Shown here in pieces: positions 59,300 through 64,000 of a DNA stretch of 64,000 nt. Location: NCBI GenBank assembly GCA_965207225.1, contig CBDBLV010000005.1, forward strand, positions 288,001-352,000, in the 5' to 3' direction. Below the pieces are notes generated by a model. It saw only the letters and a program-made list of their open reading frames with translations. It made no database searches and had not been told where the DNA came from. A program made the translations under genes and the position numbers. Position 1 is the stretch's first letter. Every line of letters starts with the position of its first letter. This DNA is from Dehalococcoidia bacterium (GTDB taxonomy: Bacteria > Chloroflexota > Dehalococcoidia > Plut-88900).

Positions 59300-60921
59300 A
59301 TGGCAGACGCAATCGCTACAGAATCATCCGTAGGGGATTCAGGTTCGGGAGCATCTGTCCCGAGGGGGTCGTCGTCGATGGGAATGGCCAGGGTAATGTC
59401 CACGTTGTTGTCCCTGTCGATGACCACCTGCTCCACCACCATCAGGAGAATCTCCCTGCGCTGCTCATCGGTTAGGGCGTTCAGGCCCTTGCCTACTTCT
59501 CTGGCCCAAACCAGGACACTCTCCAGCATACGCCGCTTCTCGACCTCGCTGGCTTCCTGAGCGCGGTAGTAGTCCAGCTTCGCCCTGGCGCTCTCCAGTC
59601 GCTCGGTGATGTACCTGCGCTGGTGGTCCAGTTGGGGCTCGGTTATCTTCCCCGACACGAACAGCCTGATGGCCCGGTCCTCCTCCATCTGGATGCTCCG
59701 CACGTCCCGCTCTGCCTGGGCTATCTCCTCGTCCAGCCCGCCGCCATCCTGGGAATCGAGGGTCTCGATGCCCGCAATGATCAAGTCCGGGCTTTGAAGC
59801 ATCCGCTTGACCTCGCTCCAGACCGGCTCCTCCAGCCGCTCGGCCCTGATGTATTGACGGTCTCTGCACTTGATGCGGAGGCTGTGCATCCCGTGGCACT
59901 TGTAGTAGCGCTTGGGAGTCGTCAGGTCGTAGCGGTACTTCTTGCCGTTGTGAATGCTGGAGGTCCTCCACTGGGCCTTGGCGTGGAAGTTGTGGCCGCA
60001 CTCGCCGCATTTGAGAAGGTGCTGCAACAGGTAGAGCACCTTGGTATTCCTCTTGGCCCTCCTGCTCCGCTGCTTCTTGAGGGCCTGCGCCCGCTCCCAG
60101 GTCTCGTCGTCGATGATCTGCGGCACGGGCACCTCTATCCAGGTGTCCTCCGGCTGTTCGTAGACCTTCATGCCGTCTTCGGTTGAGAGGTGGCGTTCCT
60201 TGCCGTACATCCAGGCGCCGGTGTAGGTCTCGTTCTTCAGAACGTTGTGGACGTATGCCTGGCTCCACCGCGTATTGCCGGTCTGGGTGGGAATGCCCTC
60301 GTCGGTGAGCCGCAGGGCAATGGAGGGAGAGCCCACGCCCTCTTCGAGGTACATCTGGAAGATGCGGCGCACGACCTCGGCCTGCTCTTCCACCACCTCC
60401 GGCCTGCCGTCGTCTCCGATGCGGTAGCCATAGGGAAGTCTGCCTGTGGGCACCCGCCCCTGCTTGGCGGTGCCGCGCTTGCCCAGGGTGGAGCGCTCGC
60501 GGAAGTTGTCCAGCTCTATCTTGCCGATGGCTGCCATGAGGCCGAAGGTCTTCATGTCGATGGCGTCCATGACAGCTTCAAGGCGTATCTGGTGGGCTTC
60601 GACGACCTCCATGAGGGCTGCTGCGGGGTACATGCCCCGGCTGAGCCGGTCGGACTTCCAGCATACGATGACATCGAATCGTCCACGTCTGGCGTCGGCC
60701 AGCATCCTCTGGAACTCCGGGCGCTTCTTTGACCATCCCCTGCCGACCTCGTGGTATCTGGCAACGATGGTCAGTCCCTTATCCTTGCAGTAGGCTTCCA
60801 TCTCGCCCATCTGCTCGGAGATGGAGGTCTTGTCCTCGGTGTCCTGGCTCTTGTCGGAGACGCGTGCGTAAATAGCCGCCCGGTTCGGCTCCGTCCTTCT
60901 ATTGGTAGTTCTGGCCATCAC
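59293..60921 (-). CDS. Large serine recombinase/integrase
   Basis: [17 protein letters not shown], Zn ribbon CGECG...C...C, coiled coil. Confidence 0.95.
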   Translation of the reverse strand: MMARTTNRRTEPNRAAIYARVSDKSQDTEDKTSISEQMGEMEAYCKDKGLTIVARYHEVGRGWSKKRPEFQRMLADARRGRFDVIVCWKSDRLSRGMYPAAALMEVVEAHQIRLEAVMDAIDMKTFGLMAAIGKIELDNFRERSTLGKRGTAKQGRVPTGRLPYGYRIGDDGRPEVVEEQAEVVRRIFQMYLEEGVGSPSIALRLTDEGIPTQTGNTRWSQAYVHNVLKNETYTGAWMYGKERHLSTEDGMKVYEQPEDTWIEVPVPQIIDDETWERAQALKKQRSRRAKRNTKVLYLLQHLLKCGECGHNFHAKAQWRTSSIHNGKKYRYDLTTPKRYYKCHGMHSLRIKCRDRQYIRAERLEEPVWSEVKRMLQSPDLIIAGIETLDSQDGGGLDEEIAQAERDVRSIQMEEDRAIRLFVSGKITEPQLDHQRRYITERLESARAKLDYYRAQEASEVEKRRMLESVLVWAREVGKGLNALTDEQRREILLMVVEQVVIDRDNNVDITLAIPIDDDPLGTDAPEPESPTDDSVAIASAIP

Positions 60922-60949
60922 TCCTCCTCAAGTACGAATCCGACTGGAA

Positions 60950-61336
60950 TCAGGCGACCTCGATGTCGGTCAATTCGAAGTCACTGCCCTTGAATAGCAG
61001 AGGCTCCCGCGTAGTTTCTGCAAGGGCGTAGGAGAAACAGTCGCCAAAGTTCAGCCCCGCTGGGTGGTTACGCTTGCCGAACCTCCGCCAGGCCCGTCTT
61101 GCCGCGTGCGCCTGTTCAGGGGTGACCGGCTCAAGCTCGATCCCCGCCTCTTGCAGGAAGGCGTCAAGCTCGTAACCGGCGGCTGGACCGCTGCGACTTT
61201 CGAGGACAATGCTCGTTTCCAAAAGGGTAGCCGCCGACATGCGACGGGTCGGCGCCGACGTGATGGCCCTGGCGAAGCGCGCAGCGTCCGGCTCGCGGAA
61301 CAGGATGGCAAGCACTGCCGAAGTGTCTAGGATCAC
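60950..61336 (-). CDS. vapC: VapC PIN toxin
   Basis: VILDTSAVLAIL, LNFGDCFSYALA. Confidence 0.92.
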   Translation of the reverse strand: MILDTSAVLAILFREPDAARFARAITSAPTRRMSAATLLETSIVLESRSGPAAGYELDAFLQEAGIELEPVTPEQAHAARRAWRRFGKRNHPAGLNFGDCFSYALAETTREPLLFKGSDFELTDIEVA

Positions 61337-61590
61337 TTGGGCAGCCCCCACTCGTCATACAAGAAATCGCCGTGTTCAACGGCAGAGGGGCCGTCGCCCA
61401 TCATGCTGGCGCAGCGCTCTCCTATAGCGAGAAGTCTTTCGACCTGTGCCTCGGCGCTGCGCTCACTCCTCTCGCGTTCCAGCCGCTCCCTGAGGGCCAC
61501 CGTTATAGCGCCGGTCATGGTATCGCCGGTGAGTTGCGCCAACTCGCTGGCCAACCGACACGTCTCTTCGTTCTTGATGTTGATGCTCAC
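61333..61590 (-). CDS. vapB: VapB antitoxin (Rv0623-like)
   Basis: INIKNEETCRLASELAQLTG, LYDEWGLPK; GTGA overlap with toxin. Confidence 0.9.
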   Translation of the reverse strand: MSINIKNEETCRLASELAQLTGDTMTGAITVALRERLERERSERSAEAQVERLLAIGERCASMMGDGPSAVEHGDFLYDEWGLPK

Positions 61591-61607
61591 CGGCCCCTCC
61601 TCATACG

Positions 61608-61634
61608 GGTAGACTCTACATATATAAGTCTACC
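61608..61634. promoter_or_regulatory. Putative VapBC operator
   Basis: GGTAGACT-N11-AGTCTACC just upstream of vapB. Confidence 0.6.
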
Positions 61635-61770
61635 ATACACCCTATCGTCGCCCTCTGCAACTGGTCCAGGGGCGACTTTGACAGGTCTGGGGACGGCAAG
61701 CCTGCATCAGTCATTCGCTCCACATTCGTCCTGCACGTCCTGGGTGGCGTACCTGATTGCCTCGAACAGA

Positions 61771-62181
61771 TCACGCCTCCAGCCAGTTCTCCACCGACAA
61801 TTCAGGGATGCGCTGAAAGTGCCGGATGTTGCCAGTGACAACCGTCAGGCCGCGAGAGAGGGCTATGGCGCCAATTCTGAGGTCCGCCTCCCCCAGAGGC
61901 GTTCCCTGGCGTTCCAGTTCCGCTCTCACTTCACCGTAACGACGTGCTGCATCTCCATCGAACGGGAGCACTGGCAGATTGGGCAGTAGGGCCTTTTCCA
62001 GCCGGTCCAGAAGTAGGGTGGTGTGCGTTTGCAGCTTGTAAGCCCCGTAGATCATTTCACCCAGGGTGATGCTGGATGTGAACTGGGCCTCCTGGGGCAC
62101 CGAAGCCAGCTTGGCGACAAGAGCGGTGGAGGGTGTGCGTTTGGCGATGTTGCTCAGAATGTCCGTGTCGAGGAGGTACAT
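61771..62181 (-). CDS. vapC: VapC PIN toxin
   Basis: YLLDTDILS, DLRIGAIA, VVTGNIRHF. Confidence 0.92.
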   Translation of the reverse strand: MYLLDTDILSNIAKRTPSTALVAKLASVPQEAQFTSSITLGEMIYGAYKLQTHTTLLLDRLEKALLPNLPVLPFDGDAARRYGEVRAELERQGTPLGEADLRIGAIALSRGLTVVTGNIRHFQRIPELSVENWLEA

Positions 62182-62483
62182 CAGATGCTCATCTCCACCG
62201 GGCGTCCCAGGTCGTTGTCCCGCTCGGTATAGATCTCCTCTAGCAGAGACTCCACGTCGGCATCGTCGATTTCCCGCCACGCCCCCGCCAGGGCGAGAGC
62301 TCCCTGGGGTCTTTCGGATGTCGTCTGAGCCTGCCCAAGGTATTCCAGGTCGGAGACCCTCACCAAGGCTACCCAGGGTTTGTTTCGCCGTTCGATGATG
62401 ACGTGCGGCCCCCCGTAGGCCACCTCTGACGCTATGGCCGAAAGTTGAGCCTTGGCCTGCGCTGCGCTCACTCTTCTAACCAT
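62181..62483 (-). CDS. Phd/YefM antitoxin
   Basis: VSAAQAKAQLS, IIERRNKPWVALV; TGATG overlap with toxin. Confidence 0.88.
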   Translation of the reverse strand: MVRRVSAAQAKAQLSAIASEVAYGGPHVIIERRNKPWVALVRVSDLEYLGQAQTTSERPQGALALAGAWREIDDADVESLLEEIYTERDNDLGRPVEMSI

Positions 62484-62662
62484 TGTTCGCACCTCCTGCT
62501 GTATGACTGATTAGCCGACATGACCAATTGTATCTCATATAGACTACAATGACCAGAAGGTCTGTGTGCTGGTATGCACTGGGCTGGGCGAATGTCGGCG
62601 CGTTGGTGGATGCGCTCGACGTCTCTTCGCCTACCATGAGGGACATGCTTCTCCGGCGGATT

Positions 62663-62974
62663 CTATGCGGGTTGGTAGCGCTGGACGCTGACCTCGCTCT
62701 CCCTGGCCCGCATCCGCGAGGCGTCGTGCCAAGCCTGCATACGCAGCAGCATGTCCATGTTCACGTCAAACGCCTTTTCGATGCGAAGGGCCATCTCCGG
62801 CGACAGTGAGGCGTTGGCGTTGAGAAGGTCGGATAGGGTCGCCCTGCGAACGCCGAGTATCTCGGCCGCCCTCTTCACGCTTAGTCCCAACTGCTCGATG
62901 ACCTCCGTGCGGACGAAGTCGCCCGGATGGGAAGGCGTCATGCGTACTTTGATATTGCTATCGTCGTTGACCAT
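62663..62974 (-). CDS. higA: HigA antitoxin
   Basis: HPGDFV, LSPEMALRIEKAF, LRMQ. Confidence 0.92.
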   Translation of the reverse strand: MVNDDSNIKVRMTPSHPGDFVRTEVIEQLGLSVKRAAEILGVRRATLSDLLNANASLSPEMALRIEKAFDVNMDMLLRMQAWHDASRMRARESEVSVQRYQPA

Positions 62975-63264
62975 CAGTGGTAGTCCTCCAAGTTCAGCCG
63001 ATATATGTGTCCGTCGTCCTCTTCAAAGGTGATCCGCCAGTTGCCGGATACCGAGACGCTCCATTCTCGTCTTCGGTCTCCCGAGAGCCTGTGAACGCGC
63101 CAGCCGGGAGGCGCGTCGGCGATGAAGGCGTCCATGCGATCGGCCAGGATGACGACAGTCAGAATCCTGCGGACCCGGTCAACCAGCTCATGGGGCAGGA
63201 ATCGGCAGTCATCGTCTTCCAGCAGCCTGCGCAATCCCCTGTGGCGGACGGATCGGACGATCAT
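62974..63264 (-). CDS. higB: HigB (RelE-like) toxin
   Basis: HRGLRRL, HRLSGDR, SVSGNWRITF, LEDYH. Confidence 0.92.
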   Translation of the reverse strand: MIVRSVRHRGLRRLLEDDDCRFLPHELVDRVRRILTVVILADRMDAFIADAPPGWRVHRLSGDRRREWSVSVSGNWRITFEEDDGHIYRLNLEDYH

Positions 63265-63266
63265 GC

Positions 63267-63297
63267 CACAAGTGTACGTCCATACCGTACATTTGTG
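63267..63297. promoter_or_regulatory. Putative HigA operator
   Basis: CACAAGTGTACG-N7-CGTACATTTGTG inverted repeat next to higB start. Confidence 0.6.
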
Positions 63298-63548
63298 CAA
63301 GTCCCTCCTATAGACAGGCTAGGAGAAGACTGGCGGCGGACATGGAAGAGGGGTTGGCCAGAGGGAATGAAGGTGACAGAAGAGTACAACAGGTGCGCGT
63401 CGGGCATTCGCGCCTGTTCGCGCAGTTGGCGCCACGGCCAAGGGGATTTGAGGCATCGCTGGGCCAACTTTCCGGCAGAATGAAACCCGATCGGAAAATT
63501 GGCGTCAAATTGCTGCGTGCCGTGGAGGGCGGCGTTCTGGCAACTCAC

Positions 63549-63929
63549 TCACGATGCGGGTTGGAGTTCCTCAATCGTGACCTCTGCGTCACTGTAAGCG
63601 TCCATCGTAACCCGGCTACCCCAGATCAGTGCCATGCCCAGCAGCGGAGCGCTATCCGATTGCAACACCAGAACGTCGCTTATGCGGCTATGCCAAGAGA
63701 CTGAGCCAAGGTAGACCTGGAAATCAAATAGCTCACCGTTGGCCAGCTCGAAAGTCCGCTGACCGACGGACGGCAACCCCAGATCGCTGACGGTTCGTGG
63801 GGACAGAGTAAGGTATCCGGTGAAACCGGTGTCGAGGACCACCTCGACTGGCTGGAGACGCCCATAGCCATCCATGATGTCTACGACAATCAGGGCCTGT
63901 TGGTCGCCACTTACGCTTCCCCTAATCAC
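63549..63929 (-). CDS. Clan AA aspartyl protease (paralog of 48316)
   Basis: VLDTGFTGYL, LGMALIWGSRVT. Confidence 0.88.
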   Translation of the reverse strand: MIRGSVSGDQQALIVVDIMDGYGRLQPVEVVLDTGFTGYLTLSPRTVSDLGLPSVGQRTFELANGELFDFQVYLGSVSWHSRISDVLVLQSDSAPLLGMALIWGSRVTMDAYSDAEVTIEELQPAS

Positions 63930-64000
63930 GGTGTACAGGCGTCCGAAAACCGCCGACGTGACTGTATGCCGCGCGATGGCCGACGCGCACCCCGTAGGTC
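63922..64000 (-). CDS. C-terminus of small partner protein (paralog of 48048), partial
   Basis: TYGVRVGHRAAYSH...HRD*; GTGATTAG overlap. Confidence 0.75.
   Translation of the reverse strand, partial: TYGVRVGHRAAYSHVGGFRTPVHRD

Larger units (their letters stand above)
59300..64000 (-). mobile_element. Integrative element (end containing the integrase), extends beyond window
   Basis: Integrase abuts disrupted host gene; TA-rich cargo. Confidence 0.75.

Overview
High-GC bacterial chromosome segment. Gene content (three luciferase-like monooxygenases, HpaB-family protein, GuaB3, several CoA transferases, UxxC peroxiredoxin-like selenoprotein) suggests Chloroflexota, Dehalococcoidia/SAR202-like (inference). 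Most of the window is metabolic or housekeeping (glnS, 2-oxoacid dehydrogenase E1a/E1b/E2, mazG, agmatinase, iscA/ygfZ). It is interrupted by three visibly AT-richer islets (Zn-ribbon + Ser/Thr kinase; HEPN-like DUF5677; HNH nuclease). The last ~4.7 kb is a large-serine-recombinase element inserted into an acetyl-CoA hydrolase/transferase paralog; it carries three type II TA pairs plus a small-protein/aspartyl-protease pair. The non-coding DNA is the most unusual part: (i) a ~367-nt multi-helix candidate ncRNA upstream of glnS whose mismatches are G-U compatible on the + strand; (ii) a repeat family with fixed flanks around sequence-variable perfect hairpins; (iii) TTCAATC arrays phased at 10.5 bp; (iv) several REP-like families with nested mini-insertions. 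No tRNA, rRNA or CRISPR array was seen. All family calls come from motif recognition by eye, not database searches.
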